Assembly (NCBI GenBank): GCA_963754925.1
Contig: CAVWHX010000004.1
Span: forward strand, 704,001-768,000
From: an uncultured delta proteobacterium
Lineage (GTDB): Bacteria > Myxococcota > B64-G9
Direction: 5' to 3'
Length of the DNA stretch: 64,000 nucleotides
Of this stretch, positions 10,137-21,078 are shown piece after piece (within the stretch, counting starts at the first letter, position 1; the number at the start of each line of letters is the position of its first letter). The notes beneath the pieces were generated by a model that saw only the letters and a program-made list of their open reading frames with translations, was not told the origin of the DNA and searched no databases. The position numbers and the translations under genes were made by a program.

Positions 10137-10712
10137 ATGAGCAAGCAAAAAAAACACAGCGACCACGTTGGGATTTCACCTGAAGGTGAAGTTAGTCGGC
10201 CGACGGTCAGCGAACAGGACTATGCCGATCTCAAGCTCAAATATGAGCAGGTGCTACGAATGGCGGCTGATCTTGACAATCAGCGCAAACGGTCGTTGAA
10301 AGAGCGTGATGAGGCGCTCAAATACGGCCAAGAGCGCTTGCTGAGCGAGTTGCTGCCTATCGTGGATAACCTCAAACGCACTGTGAAATTCGTTCCCGAG
10401 CAAAATCAGGACCCAATATTGAATTCATTGGGTGACGGTTTGAAGCTGATTCTGCAGCAATTTACGGAGTTACTAGGGAAGAATTCAGTACAAAGTTTCT
10501 CATCAGTCGGTCAACCATTCGACCCCAACTGGCATGAGGCGCTCCTCCGCACTGAAACGACCGACTACCCCCCGGGTACGATTATTGACGAGCTCAGCCA
10601 AGGCTACAAAATTCACGAGCGCCTGCTCCGGCCAGCAATGGTAAACGTTGCCTCCCTCCCGAGCACGCTGGCAGACCCAGGGGAAATCGACGAAACCGAA
10701 TCGAGCGGGTGA
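10137..10712 (+). CDS. grpE: Nucleotide exchange factor GrpE
   Basis: ADLDNQRKR, LLPIVDNL, FDPNWHEA, GYKIHERLLRPAMV; directly upstream of dnaK. Confidence 0.95.
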   Translation: MSKQKKHSDHVGISPEGEVSRPTVSEQDYADLKLKYEQVLRMAADLDNQRKRSLKERDEALKYGQERLLSELLPIVDNLKRTVKFVPEQNQDPILNSLGDGLKLILQQFTELLGKNSVQSFSSVGQPFDPNWHEALLRTETTDYPPGTIIDELSQGYKIHERLLRPAMVNVASLPSTLADPGEIDETESSG

Positions 10713-10831
10713 CCCTATGGCAGGTATAGCCATCAGACAACCTGTTGGGCCACTTTGTGGCGCTCGCGACCGTTTATATCTTATACTGAAAGAGAGCGTT
10801 TTTGATATTGGGAGATGGGGAGGTATCATAG

Positions 10832-12664
10832 ATGGGTAAGACTATTGGCATAGACTTGGGCACGACGAACTCGTGCGTGGCTTTATTGGAGAAGAGCGAG
10901 CCCGTGGTGTTGCCAAACTCGGAGGGTTCGCGCACCACACCGTCAATTGTGGGTTTTTCCGAAAGCGGCGAGCGTTTGGTAGGCCAGGTCGCCAAACGGC
11001 AGGCGATTACCAACCCCGAGAACACCGTCTTCGCGGTCAAACGCCTGATCGGCCGGAAGTTCGACAGCGAGCAGGTCAAGAAGGCCGCCCCGATCCTTCC
11101 CTACCGAATTGTCAAAAATAAAAACGGCGACGCCTGGGTGCAGATTCGCGGCAAAGACTACAGCCCGGCCGAAGTCTCTGCTATGGTTCTGATGAAGATG
11201 AAGCAAACCGCCGAGGATTACCTCGGCGAACAAGTGCAGGATGCGATCATCACGTGTCCGGCCTATTTCGACGACAGCCAGCGGCAAGCCACCAAGGACG
11301 CCGGCAAGATCGCCGGACTCAACGTCCTCCGTATCATCAACGAGCCAACCGCCGCGGCGCTGTCCTTTGGCTTGGACAAACGCGAGAAGAACATCAAGGT
11401 CGCCGTCTTTGACCTCGGCGGCGGCACCTTCGATATCTCCATTTTGGAGCTCGCCGAAGGCGTCTTTCGGGTGCTTTCCACCAACGGCGATACCTTTCTA
11501 GGAGGCGAGGATTTCGATCTGCGCATCGTTGACTATCTGTGCAATGAGTTTATGAAAACGACTCGCATCGAACTGCGCCGCGATCGCATGGCCATGCAGC
11601 GTCTCAAAGACGCGGCCGAGAAGGCCAAGCAGGAGCTTTCGTCCACGACCCAAACCGAGATCACCCTGCCCTTTATCACCGCCGATAGCTCCGGACCGAA
11701 GCATTTGAACATGTCGATGACGCGCGGCCAGCTTGAGGTGCTCGTCCAAGATTTGCTCGATCGCTTGGAGGGTCCTTGCCGCACCGCTCTCAAAGACGCA
11801 AGCCTCACCCCCGCCGACCTCGACGAGGTGATCTTGGTCGGCGGCATGAGCCGCATGCCCAAGGTCCAAGAAAGGGCTAAACGAATCTTTGGCAAAGAAC
11901 CGAATAAAACGGTCAACCCCGATGAGGTGGTGGCGATCGGCGCGTCGATTCAGGGCGCGGTGCTCAAGGGCGACGTCGAGGACGTCGTGCTGCTCGACAT
12001 CACGCCCCTGAGCCTTGGGGTGGAGACCGCCGGCGGGGTGTTTACCAAGCTCATCGAAAAGAACACCACCATTCCGGTGCGCAAGAGCCAGGTTTTCTCG
12101 ACCGCCCGCGACAACCAGGACATGGTCAGCGTGCACGTTTGTCAGGGCGAACGCGAAATGGCCGAGGACAACAAAACCCTCGGGCGCTTTGAGCTGGTCG
12201 GGATCCCGCCGGCGCCGCGGGGGATGCCGCAAATAGAAGTGGCGTTCGATATCGACGCCAACGGGATCGTGGGTGTCTCGGCCAAGGACCTGGGCAGCGG
12301 CAAGGAGCAGTCGATACGCGTGGTGGCCTCCAGCGGTTTGACCGAACAGGAGATCAGCCGCATGCAGGCTGAAGCCGAAAAATTCAGGCAGGACGACCGA
12401 GCCAAGAAGGAGTTCGCCGAACTATTGGTCAACGCCGAGGGGCTCGTCTACTCAACCGAGAAGGCCCTCGAGGAGTTCGGCGAGATGATCAGTGAAGAAG
12501 ACCGCGCGGAGATTCGCGAGCATCTCGCATCATGTAAAGACCTGACCGAGCGCGCAAAGCGGGAGGATTTCACTCAACTCAAAGCAATGGTCTCCCGTTT
12601 GGAGACCGTTGCCCACCGCATCGCCGACGCCATGTACAAGAGCTCGTCGGGCGAGAGCGAGTGA
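10832..12664 (+). CDS. dnaK: Chaperone DnaK (Hsp70)
   Basis: [44 protein letters not shown]. Confidence 0.97.
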   Translation: MGKTIGIDLGTTNSCVALLEKSEPVVLPNSEGSRTTPSIVGFSESGERLVGQVAKRQAITNPENTVFAVKRLIGRKFDSEQVKKAAPILPYRIVKNKNGDAWVQIRGKDYSPAEVSAMVLMKMKQTAEDYLGEQVQDAIITCPAYFDDSQRQATKDAGKIAGLNVLRIINEPTAAALSFGLDKREKNIKVAVFDLGGGTFDISILELAEGVFRVLSTNGDTFLGGEDFDLRIVDYLCNEFMKTTRIELRRDRMAMQRLKDAAEKAKQELSSTTQTEITLPFITADSSGPKHLNMSMTRGQLEVLVQDLLDRLEGPCRTALKDASLTPADLDEVILVGGMSRMPKVQERAKRIFGKEPNKTVNPDEVVAIGASIQGAVLKGDVEDVVLLDITPLSLGVETAGGVFTKLIEKNTTIPVRKSQVFSTARDNQDMVSVHVCQGEREMAEDNKTLGRFELVGIPPAPRGMPQIEVAFDIDANGIVGVSAKDLGSGKEQSIRVVASSGLTEQEISRMQAEAEKFRQDDRAKKEFAELLVNAEGLVYSTEKALEEFGEMISEEDRAEIREHLASCKDLTERAKREDFTQLKAMVSRLETVAHRIADAMYKSSSGESE

Positions 12665-12796
12665 ACAACCGCTTCTAATACCGAACTATCCAGCCGTGCA
12701 GGAATATCTTATGCAACTAGAGGGGTGTAAAAGTGAAGTCAGGGTTGGGATTTTTCGTAAGAACAGACTCGTTCTCGTACATAAGCTAAAGAGGGT

Positions 12797-12967
12797 TTAC
12801 TGCTTTTTTCCCCTATTATCGATGACTTGAATACCTGCTGTTTTAAGTACCTCATCAAATACATTTAACAATTGGTTAGGCAAGCTAGATTTTATCTCTC
12901 GGATTCTATCCAAAGCCTTATTATAACCCTCCTCATGGACAACCCTCCAAAATTTCCGAATAATGGT
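12797..12967 (-). pseudogene. Start-less AT-rich 3' gene remnant (56 codons)
   Basis: Open frame TIIRKFWRVVHEEGYNKALDRIREIK...NRGKKQ* with protein-like composition, preceded by an in-frame stop. Confidence 0.35.
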
Positions 12968-12994
12968 TCATACGCACTTCTAGATTATCCCCAC

Positions 12995-13023
12995 TTGACT
13001 TTGGACTCAGTCCAACATATAAT
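12995..13023 (+). promoter_or_regulatory. Sigma70-type promoter with palindromic operator in the spacer
   Basis: TTGACT-17 nt-TATAAT; the spacer contains the perfect inverted repeat TTGGACT-C-AGTCCAA (13001-13015). Confidence 0.85.
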
Positions 13024-13029
13024 TTTCAC

Positions 13030-13364
13030 ATGAAAGGCCGCCCGCATTGGCCACTTCAGAGAGTAAAGAACTTGGCCAAGGAAGGCAAATTGTTCATTCA
13101 GCGGACGAGAGCATTGGACTTTTTTACAAGCTTCAAGGAGGCAATGGAGATTGCACAATCTGTCGTACAAGGACTTGAGATATCCAATTTCTCCCATACG
13201 ATACAGCTCACCTACGATATCGCAGACGTTTATGGAGTTTTGATTGAAGGATGTGGGTGGTATCTCAAGCTAACCATAGACGAAAAGATTCCGGAACTGG
13301 TCGTGATCTCTTTTATCCTCTCGAACGACCGCTGAAGACCAAAGGAGGAATGATAAGGCCATGA
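13030..13364 (+). pseudogene. MqsR-like type II toxin, apparent 1-nt deletion near 13314 (ORF as read 13030-13335)
   Basis: ADVYGV..WYLKL..VVISF resembles MqsR/RelE-fold toxins. Restoring one C gives ISFHPLERPLKTKGGMIRP*, ending in an ATGA overlap with the antitoxin. Confidence 0.7.
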
Positions 13365-13792
13365 GTAAAACAAAAAAACGTCTTTGTAAAAATTGTGGAA
13401 TCGGTGAGATCCGACCTTTAGCAAAAACAGGTCGTTTCGCTCGATACAAAAGTATGCCTCGATTGGCGATCCCGTCTGACCTCAAGATTCCCACTTGCAA
13501 TCATTGCGGTGCCGAATGGCTTGATGCGAACACGGCAAAGGCACTGGATAAAGCTTTGGATACAGCATTCCGTGAAGAGCTGAGGCAACGAACCATCAGA
13601 GCAATTGAAGAGATCGGCAAGTATGTGTCCCAAAGGAAGCTGGAGGCTCTTTTGGGATTGTCACAAGGTTACCTATCAAAGCTTCGTTCTGGTGACCGAG
13701 ACACCAGCGCCGAGTTGGTAAGTCAATTGGCACTGATCTCCAAAGACCCCAGACACCGTATTCACGAACTTGAAATTTTTTGGGAGCATTAA
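13361..13792 (+). CDS. MqsA-like antitoxin (Zn-ribbon + XRE HTH)
   Basis: CKNC...CNHC zinc ribbon; SQRKLEALLGLSQGYLSKL HTH; GGAGG RBS. Confidence 0.8.
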   Translation: MSKTKKRLCKNCGIGEIRPLAKTGRFARYKSMPRLAIPSDLKIPTCNHCGAEWLDANTAKALDKALDTAFREELRQRTIRAIEEIGKYVSQRKLEALLGLSQGYLSKLRSGDRDTSAELVSQLALISKDPRHRIHELEIFWEH

Positions 13793-13826
13793 TTCATATC
13801 ATGGCGAATCAACAGTTGTTATTCGT

Positions 13827-13895
13827 CTAGCGCAGCCATACAATATGAACCTCATTCTCCACCTGCTTGAATTCGTGGTAGCCCGTCACCAGTGC
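13827..13895 (-). pseudogene. PIN/VapC toxin C-terminal remnant
   Basis: ALVTGYHEFKQVENEVHIVWLR* resembles the LVTGD.EF...I.W C-terminus of VapC proteins. Confidence 0.5.
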
Positions 13896-13974
13896 AGGCC
13901 TAACCCTCGTCACTGCTGATGAACGTCTCTTCAAGATACCAGGCGTCGAAGTGTTGAAGTGCAAAAAGAACTGA
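13894..13974 (+). pseudogene. PIN/VapC toxin C-terminal remnant
   Basis: AGLTLVTADERLFKIPGVEVLKCKKN* matches the PIN-domain C-terminal LVTxD motif; no start codon upstream. Confidence 0.55.
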
Positions 13975-14002
13975 CGGAGTCTGCATCTCAGACCTGTATT
14001 CC

Positions 14003-14031
14003 CTTGACATTTCGAGGTTCGTGAACACATT
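14003..14031 (+). promoter_or_regulatory. Putative clpB promoter
   Basis: CTTGACA-16 nt-CACATT about 55 nt upstream of clpB. Confidence 0.35.
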
Positions 14032-14087
14032 TTTCGTGATGAAAGCGCCATGATGTTGTGTGCGGTGAAATGTAAAAGGGGTTGCGC

Positions 14088-16670
14088 ATGAAGTCTGACA
14101 AATTAACGGTTAAGTCGCAGGAAGCTCTTCAAGAAGCTCAGAAATTAGCCCAGCAACTCAACCACCAGGAGCTTACCCCCGAACATTTGTTGGCGGCGTT
14201 AATCGATCAGGAGGGCGGCATTGTTCGGCCGCTGCTACAAAAGCTCGGCGCCGATCCGCAAGCCGTCGCCGGTTCGCTTTCAAAGGCGCTCGAACGCCTG
14301 CCCGGCGTCCGGGGTGGCGAGACGTTCATTGGCCGAAGGCTTGCAGATATCCTCGACGCCGCCCAGGCCGAAGCCGATAGACTAAAGGACGACTACGTCT
14401 CAACCGAGCACCTGCTCCTGGCACTCTGCGCCGACAAGTCGGCGGCGGCCGGGTCGGCATTAGCCGAATTCGGGGTAACGCGCGATTCCGTATACCGAGC
14501 CCTGCAGGAGATCCGCGGCAACCAACGGGTTAGCGATCAAAATCCCGAGGGTCGCTATCAGGCTCTCGAACGTTACGGCCGCGACCTCACCGAACAAGCC
14601 CGCAAAGGCAAACTGGATCCCGTCATCGGTCGCGACGAGGAGATTCGCCGGGTGATGCAAGTGCTTTCTCGCCGCACGAAAAACAATCCCGTACTCATCG
14701 GCGAACCGGGCGTCGGTAAAACCGCGGTCGTCGAGGGACTGGCGCGGCGGATAATCGATCGCGACGTTCCAAAAACATTGCTCGATAAACGCGTGGTGGC
14801 CCTTGACCTGGGATCCATGGTGGCCGGCACCAAGTACCGGGGTGAGTTTGAGGATCGGCTCAAGGCCCTCCTTAAAGAGATTATCGCCTCCGAGGGCGAG
14901 GTGATTTTGTTCATAGACGAACTGCATACGCTGGTGGGAACCGGCGCGGCAGAGGGCGCCATGGATGCGTCTAATATGCTTAAACCGGCATTGGCGCGTG
15001 GCGAGCTGCACTGCATTGGTGCGACAACCCTGGATGAGTATCGCAAGCATATCGAGAAGGATGCCGCCCTTGAGCGCCGCTTTCAACCGGTGTTAATCCA
15101 GGAGCCCTCACTGGAAGATACCATCAGCATCCTGCGCGGACTTAAAGAAAAGTACGAGGTGCACCACGGTGTACGCATCCAGGATGCAGCCCTGGTGGCG
15201 GCAGCCACCCTCTCGACCCGCTATATCAGCGATCGGTTTCTGCCCGATAAAGCCATCGATCTGGTCGACGAGGCGGCCAGTCGGCTGCGGATCGAGATTG
15301 ACTCGCTGCCCAGCGAGCTCGACGACTTGCGCCGACGCACCACCCAACTTGAGATCGAGCGCGAGGCTCTTCGCAAAGAAAAAGACGACGCCAGCCGCGA
15401 ACGACTCGAAAAGCTTGAAGCCGAGCTGGCAGAGCTTAACGAGCAGGAACAGGCCAAGAAAGCGCACTGGCAAAATGAGGTGACCGGCATCCAGCGTATT
15501 CGCGAGATCTCTGCGCAGATTGAAGAAGCCCGCACGGCGGTCGAAACCACCATGCGCCAAGGCGATTTGGCCAAGGCCTCGGAGCTTAAATTCGGCCGTA
15601 TCGCCCACCTTGAGCGCGAATTAGCAAGCGAGCAAGAAAAGCTCAATCGCATTAATACGACCGAGCGCATGCTCAAAGAGGAGGTCGGACCGGACGACGT
15701 GGCCGCGGTGGTGGCTAAGTGGACCGGCATTCCGGTCAGCAAATTGCTCGAAGGCGAGCGCGAGAAATTGGTGCACATGGAAGATAGGCTCCGGGAGCGC
15801 GTGGTTGGTCAAGATCCGGCTATTGTCGCTGTCTCCAACGCGGTGCGCCGGGCACGCTCAGGACTGTCCGATCCCAACCGGCCGATCGGCAGCTTCATTT
15901 TTCTCGGTCCTACCGGGGTCGGCAAAACCGAGCTCGCGCGCGCGCTGGCTGAATTCTTGTTCGACGACGAGGGCGCCATGGTGCGCATTGACATGAGCGA
16001 ATACATGGAGAAGCATGCGGTATCGCGCTTGATTGGAGCTCCCCCCGGGTATGTCGGCTACGACGAGGGCGGCGCTTTGACCGAGGCGGTCCGCCGCCGT
16101 CCCTATACGGTGGTGTTGTTCGACGAGATCGAGAAGGCTCACCAAGAAATATTCAATGTTCTCCTACAGGTGCTCGAGGATGGGCGGCTGACCGACGGCC
16201 ACGGCCGGACGGTGGACTTTAAAAACACCGTGGTGATTATGACTTCCAATATCGGTTCCGAGCATTTGGCCGCACGCGCCGGGGCGCTCGAGCCGCGCGA
16301 CCGCGAGGTTGTTTTGGAGGCCTTGCACCAACACTTTCGCCCCGAATTCCTAAACCGCGTCGACAATGTGTTGGTGTTCGGTAGCCTTACGCGCGAGCAC
16401 CTCAAACAAGTTGTCGAGATACAATTGGCGCGTCTTCGTAAATTGCTTACTGAACGCAAGCTCACCCTGGAGGTTTCCGACGCGGCCAAGGAACGCATCG
16501 CCGAGGTCGGCTACGACCCGCAATTCGGCGCTCGGCCGCTGAAGCGAGCCATTCAACGCTTGCTACAAGATCCTCTGGCGACTAAACTGTTGGAGGGGGA
16601 TTTCGGCGAGGGCGACAGCATCAAGGCCGATTGCAAAAAAAATGGGGAAATTGTATTTACCAGGGATTAA
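14088..16670 (+). CDS. clpB: ATP-dependent chaperone ClpB
   Basis: Two Walker A motifs ([16 protein letters not shown]), a coiled-coil M domain, [16 protein letters not shown]. Confidence 0.97.
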   Translation: MKSDKLTVKSQEALQEAQKLAQQLNHQELTPEHLLAALIDQEGGIVRPLLQKLGADPQAVAGSLSKALERLPGVRGGETFIGRRLADILDAAQAEADRLKDDYVSTEHLLLALCADKSAAAGSALAEFGVTRDSVYRALQEIRGNQRVSDQNPEGRYQALERYGRDLTEQARKGKLDPVIGRDEEIRRVMQVLSRRTKNNPVLIGEPGVGKTAVVEGLARRIIDRDVPKTLLDKRVVALDLGSMVAGTKYRGEFEDRLKALLKEIIASEGEVILFIDELHTLVGTGAAEGAMDASNMLKPALARGELHCIGATTLDEYRKHIEKDAALERRFQPVLIQEPSLEDTISILRGLKEKYEVHHGVRIQDAALVAAATLSTRYISDRFLPDKAIDLVDEAASRLRIEIDSLPSELDDLRRRTTQLEIEREALRKEKDDASRERLEKLEAELAELNEQEQAKKAHWQNEVTGIQRIREISAQIEEARTAVETTMRQGDLAKASELKFGRIAHLERELASEQEKLNRINTTERMLKEEVGPDDVAAVVAKWTGIPVSKLLEGEREKLVHMEDRLRERVVGQDPAIVAVSNAVRRARSGLSDPNRPIGSFIFLGPTGVGKTELARALAEFLFDDEGAMVRIDMSEYMEKHAVSRLIGAPPGYVGYDEGGALTEAVRRRPYTVVLFDEIEKAHQEIFNVLLQVLEDGRLTDGHGRTVDFKNTVVIMTSNIGSEHLAARAGALEPRDREVVLEALHQHFRPEFLNRVDNVLVFGSLTREHLKQVVEIQLARLRKLLTERKLTLEVSDAAKERIAEVGYDPQFGARPLKRAIQRLLQDPLATKLLEGDFGEGDSIKADCKKNGEIVFTRD

Positions 16671-16672
16671 TC

Positions 16673-17344
16673 GTGTCACCTACCGCCCCGCGCCCTATCC
16701 GCCTGATTTGCTTTGATCTCGACGGCACGCTGCTCGATCGTACGGTCTTTGTTTGGAGCACCTTACACGAACACTTCCCGTCCGATCCGCTCCGACGAAA
16801 GCAGGCGTGGGATGACTACTTTGCGCATCGCATCTCCTATGCCGAGTGGTTTCACAGTGATCTCGAATTGCTGCGCGCGGGCGGGGCTACCCGTGAACGG
16901 ATCAAAAAAGTCCTCAGCAAGCTTCATCCTGCCCGCGGCGCCCACGAGACCCTGCGCGAACTCCGCGAGCGCGGTTATCGATTGGCGCTGATCTCCGGCT
17001 CGCTCGACCTTGCGCTCACGCAGTTCTTTCACCCAAGCCTGTTCGATCATGTGCTCATCAACCGGGTACATTTCGACGAATCCGGATGCATCAGCGGTGG
17101 GGAGCCAACGCCATTCGACCTCGACGGCAAGGTGGCCGGCCTGCATGAGCTCGCCCAGCGTGAGAGCCTGAACGTCGCCCAATGCGCCTTCGTGGGGGAC
17201 AACTTCAATGACCTGCCGGTGATGCGCGCCGCTGGTTTTTCCATCGGCATTCACATCAAGCACCCCGACATACACCAAGCGGTCGACGTTGCCATCGATG
17301 ATGACGATTTGCGGGCGATATTGCAATATTTCCCGAAACTATAA
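16673..17344 (+). CDS. HAD-superfamily phosphatase (SerB-like)
   Basis: FDLDGTL, ISGS and GDNFND motifs; likely GTG start at 16673. Confidence 0.88.
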   Translation: MSPTAPRPIRLICFDLDGTLLDRTVFVWSTLHEHFPSDPLRRKQAWDDYFAHRISYAEWFHSDLELLRAGGATRERIKKVLSKLHPARGAHETLRELRERGYRLALISGSLDLALTQFFHPSLFDHVLINRVHFDESGCISGGEPTPFDLDGKVAGLHELAQRESLNVAQCAFVGDNFNDLPVMRAAGFSIGIHIKHPDIHQAVDVAIDDDDLRAILQYFPKL

Positions 17345-17429
17345 TCCAGTATTGTTCTCGTTGATAACGGCAGCCGATTAATGCCATTCTCGGATACATG
17401 ATTAGCGCTGGTAGAGAGCGAGGTATGAG

Positions 17430-18830
17430 ATGGCATGGCTTAAGATTGTCGACGCCTTGAAGGCGCCACCGGGAACCGAACTCACGGTCAAGGGTTGGGT
17501 CCGCACCCGGCGCGACTCCAAGGCCGAGGGTGGACTGTCGTTCATTGCCGTCCATGATGGCAGTTGCTTTGACGTCATTCAAGTGGTGGCCCGCGCGCAG
17601 TTACCGAACTATGCCGGCGAGCTGACCAAGCTGGTTGCCGGTTGTTCGGTCGAGGTTGACGGCCTTCTCGTCGCCTCTCAGGGCGCCGGTCAGGCGGTTG
17701 AGATCGCGGCCAGCAGCATACGGGTGATCGGCTGGGTGGAAAACCCGGACAGCTACCCGGTAAGCCCAAAAAAACATTCATTCGAGTACCTGCGCGAGGT
17801 TGGCCACCTGCGGGTGCGCACCAACACCTTCGGGGCGGTCGCGCGCGTGCGCCATTGTCTGGCCCTTGCGATCCACCGCTTTTTTGACGAGCGCGGCTTT
17901 TTCTATGTCCACACGCCGATCATAACCGCTAATGATTGCGAGGGTGCCGGCCAGATGTTCCGTGTGTCCACGCTGGATGCACTCAATCCGCCGCGTACCG
18001 AACAGGGTACGGTGGACTTTGACCAGGATTTTTTCGGACGCGAAGCACGGCTCACCGTCTCAGGTCAACTGAGCGTCGAGACGTACTGCTGCGCCCTTTC
18101 GCGGGTCTATACCTTCGGCCCGACGTTTCGCGCCGAAAACAGCAACACCAGCCGGCACCTGTCCGAATTCTGGATGATCGAACCCGAAATTGCCTTTGCC
18201 GATCTCACGGACGACGGCCGACTCGCCGAGGAGTTTCTCAAATATTTATTCGATGATTTGCTGACGCGCCGCGCCGACGACATGGCCTTCTTCGATCAAC
18301 GTATCCAAAAAGGGGTGATTGCGCGCATCAAACAGGTCATCGAGCGTCCCTTTCGGTGGGTTGAGTACAGCGAAGCAATCGAACTTCTCAACCAGGCCAA
18401 AAAAAGTTTCGAATTCCCGGTTTCCTGGGGCATGGACATGCAAAGCGAGCACGAGCGCTACCTGACCGAGGATCACTTCAAACAGCCTATCATCGTGGTC
18501 AACTACCCCAAGGACATCAAAGCGTTCTATATGCGGCAAAACGACGACGGCAAAACCGTGGCGGCCATGGATGTGCTGGTGCCGGACATCGGCGAGATCA
18601 TCGGCGGCTCTCAGCGCGAGGAGCGAATTGACGTGCTCGACCGGCGTATCGAGGAGATGAAGCTCAAAAAGGAGGATTACTGGTGGTACCGCGATCTGCG
18701 CCGCTACGGAACGGTTCCGCATGCCGGTTTTGGGCTTGGCTTCGAGCGATTGATGCTCTTTTGCACCGGAATGGGCAACATACGGGATGTGATTCCATTC
18801 CCTCGTGCCCCGCGACAAGCTGAGTTTTAG
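17430..18830 (+). CDS. asnS: Asparagine--tRNA ligase
   Basis: [43 protein letters not shown]. Confidence 0.97.
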   Translation: MAWLKIVDALKAPPGTELTVKGWVRTRRDSKAEGGLSFIAVHDGSCFDVIQVVARAQLPNYAGELTKLVAGCSVEVDGLLVASQGAGQAVEIAASSIRVIGWVENPDSYPVSPKKHSFEYLREVGHLRVRTNTFGAVARVRHCLALAIHRFFDERGFFYVHTPIITANDCEGAGQMFRVSTLDALNPPRTEQGTVDFDQDFFGREARLTVSGQLSVETYCCALSRVYTFGPTFRAENSNTSRHLSEFWMIEPEIAFADLTDDGRLAEEFLKYLFDDLLTRRADDMAFFDQRIQKGVIARIKQVIERPFRWVEYSEAIELLNQAKKSFEFPVSWGMDMQSEHERYLTEDHFKQPIIVVNYPKDIKAFYMRQNDDGKTVAAMDVLVPDIGEIIGGSQREERIDVLDRRIEEMKLKKEDYWWYRDLRRYGTVPHAGFGLGFERLMLFCTGMGNIRDVIPFPRAPRQAEF

Positions 18831-18868
18831 CGTTAACTGAAAACACGATAGTATTTTCCGAATCGAGC

Positions 18869-20752
18869 ATGGAAGCAGATACCGCGACAAACGAAGTCAA
18901 AGGATCAGTTCAGATCCCGAAGGCACCGGGAATCCTGCGGCGGCTGTTTTCCTTTGCCGGGCCTGCCTACCTTATCTCCGTCGGTTACATGGACCCCGGC
19001 AATTGGGCCACCGATCTCGCAGCCGGCGCGCGGTACGGCTATGCCCTCCTCTGGGTGCTGGTCATGTCCAACCTCCTGGCTATATGGCTCCAATACCTTT
19101 CGGCCCGTCTGGGGCTGGTATCGGGAAGGGACTTGGCCCAGGCCTGCCGTGATCGCTACCCGGCAGCGATAAACGTTCCGGTATGGATCTTGTGTGAGTT
19201 TGCAATTGTGGCTTGCGATTTGGCCGAGGTCATCGGGGCGGCCATCGGCATCAAGCTCCTGTTTGGCATTCCTCTAGTCTACGGCGTGGTGATTACCGCG
19301 CTCGACACGTTCATAATCCTTTTTTTACACCGGGCAGGAATCCGCACCATGGAAGCTTTTATCGTGGTGTTGGTAGCGACTATTGCCGCTTGCTTCGCGG
19401 TGGAAATCTTCATCTCGCAGCCGAATGCGACGGAAGTCGTGGCCGGCTTTCTGCCGAGGCTACCCGACGATCAGGCGCTCTACTTTGCAATTGGCATCCT
19501 CGGCGCCACGGTCATGCCCCACAATCTCTATCTACACTCTTCGCTGGTGCAGTCGCGGCGCGTTGAAAAAACCGCCCAGGGCATCCATCTATCATTGCGC
19601 TACAACCTGATCAACTCGGTCGTGGCCTTGAACATCGCTTTTTTCATCAATGCCGCTATTTTAATTCTGGCCGGAGCAACCTTCTTTAAAGTCGGCGAAC
19701 ACGCGGTGGCCGGGATTGAAGAGGCCTACCACCTGCTCGAACCAATTGTCGGCTCCGCGCTTGCCCCAAGCCTCTTTGCCGTGGCCTTGATCGCCGCAGG
19801 TCAAAGCTCCACCATAACCGGCACGCTGGCCGGCCAAATCGTTATGGAAGGCTTTGTTAACCTGCGCCTGCAACCGTGGCTACGCCGCCTGGTCACCCGG
19901 GCCATGGCGATTGTTCCGGCGGTGATAACTATCGTCGTATTCGGCGAGGGTGCCCTGGGCGAACTATTAATCCTCAGTCAGGTTGTCCTCAGCTTGCAGT
20001 TGTCTTTCGCCGTCATCCCCTTGATACAAATGGTTTCGGATCGGAGCCGCATGGGCGCCTTTGCCATCCGTCCCTGGATGAAGCTACTCTCGTGGGTCGC
20101 GGCCGGGATCATTCTCGGTCTCAACGGCAAGCTCGTGATCGATACCATTGTGCAGTGGATTGTGTTACCCGGTCTTTCGAGAACCCTCAGCATGACACTG
20201 CTGGCGCCGCTCTCGATTGGCGCTCTCCTGTTGTTGCTCTATCTCATCCTCGAGCCGTTCTGGGAACGGCGTCGATTCCTTCGACCAAAGAGCGTTCATG
20301 AACATTCCGAACCCGACACGATCGAACCGACGCGGCCGTTTAAAAAAATAGCCGCCGCCCTGGATTTCGGCGAGACCGATCGGGAGGTCCTTTCACAAGC
20401 CGCGTCCTTAGCTTTCGCAGCGCATTGCCCCCTGGTGCTATTTCATGTGGTCGAGAGCGCCGGAGCGCGAACGCTTGGTGAGGAAGCTGCGGATGCCGAA
20501 AGCGTCGCGGATCGAGATCGATTGCAACGGTATGCCGTAGCGCTCGGAAAATACGACGTGCCCGTCGAGTACGATCTCGGCTTCGGCGATCCGGTGCGTG
20601 CCTTGACGGAGTTGATTGCGCGCCATCAGGCCGAGCTACTCGTGGTCGGCGCCCACGGCCACCGGGGTATCTCCGATTGGCTGCACGGCTCGACCATCGA
20701 CGAGCTGCGCCACCGCCTCAACATTTCGGTATTGGTTGTGGGGAAAACGTAA
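18869..20752 (+). CDS. mntH: Nramp divalent metal transporter with C-terminal USP domain
   Basis: YMDPGNW, MPHNLYLHS, GQSSTITGTLAGQ; C-terminal AALDF...GAHGHRG universal stress domain. Confidence 0.93.
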   Translation: MEADTATNEVKGSVQIPKAPGILRRLFSFAGPAYLISVGYMDPGNWATDLAAGARYGYALLWVLVMSNLLAIWLQYLSARLGLVSGRDLAQACRDRYPAAINVPVWILCEFAIVACDLAEVIGAAIGIKLLFGIPLVYGVVITALDTFIILFLHRAGIRTMEAFIVVLVATIAACFAVEIFISQPNATEVVAGFLPRLPDDQALYFAIGILGATVMPHNLYLHSSLVQSRRVEKTAQGIHLSLRYNLINSVVALNIAFFINAAILILAGATFFKVGEHAVAGIEEAYHLLEPIVGSALAPSLFAVALIAAGQSSTITGTLAGQIVMEGFVNLRLQPWLRRLVTRAMAIVPAVITIVVFGEGALGELLILSQVVLSLQLSFAVIPLIQMVSDRSRMGAFAIRPWMKLLSWVAAGIILGLNGKLVIDTIVQWIVLPGLSRTLSMTLLAPLSIGALLLLLYLILEPFWERRRFLRPKSVHEHSEPDTIEPTRPFKKIAAALDFGETDREVLSQAASLAFAAHCPLVLFHVVESAGARTLGEEAADAESVADRDRLQRYAVALGKYDVPVEYDLGFGDPVRALTELIARHQAELLVVGAHGHRGISDWLHGSTIDELRHRLNISVLVVGKT

Positions 20753-21078
20753 TTTCTACATCGCCATACCCTATTCAGTCCTCAGTAATTATTTTCCAGT
20801 ATAGCTGAAAACTCTTCACTTATAACTATATGTTATTTCACAGTATTACTAATTTTGTTGTAAAAGTGAAACCAAAATGCTTCATTAATCAGAAAAATCC
20901 AACCGGATAATTAAAAATTATGCTTTAATTTCTGAGTGTTACGTAACGTGAAATAATTGCCATCTTGGCCTTGATTTTGCACAATATTTTTAATTGGAGC
21001 TGTTTATGTAAGATTTGCCATCTTTCTTGCGTATGCGATCCAGAATGTCCGGATGTCATACCACGCAGGGAGCCTCAC

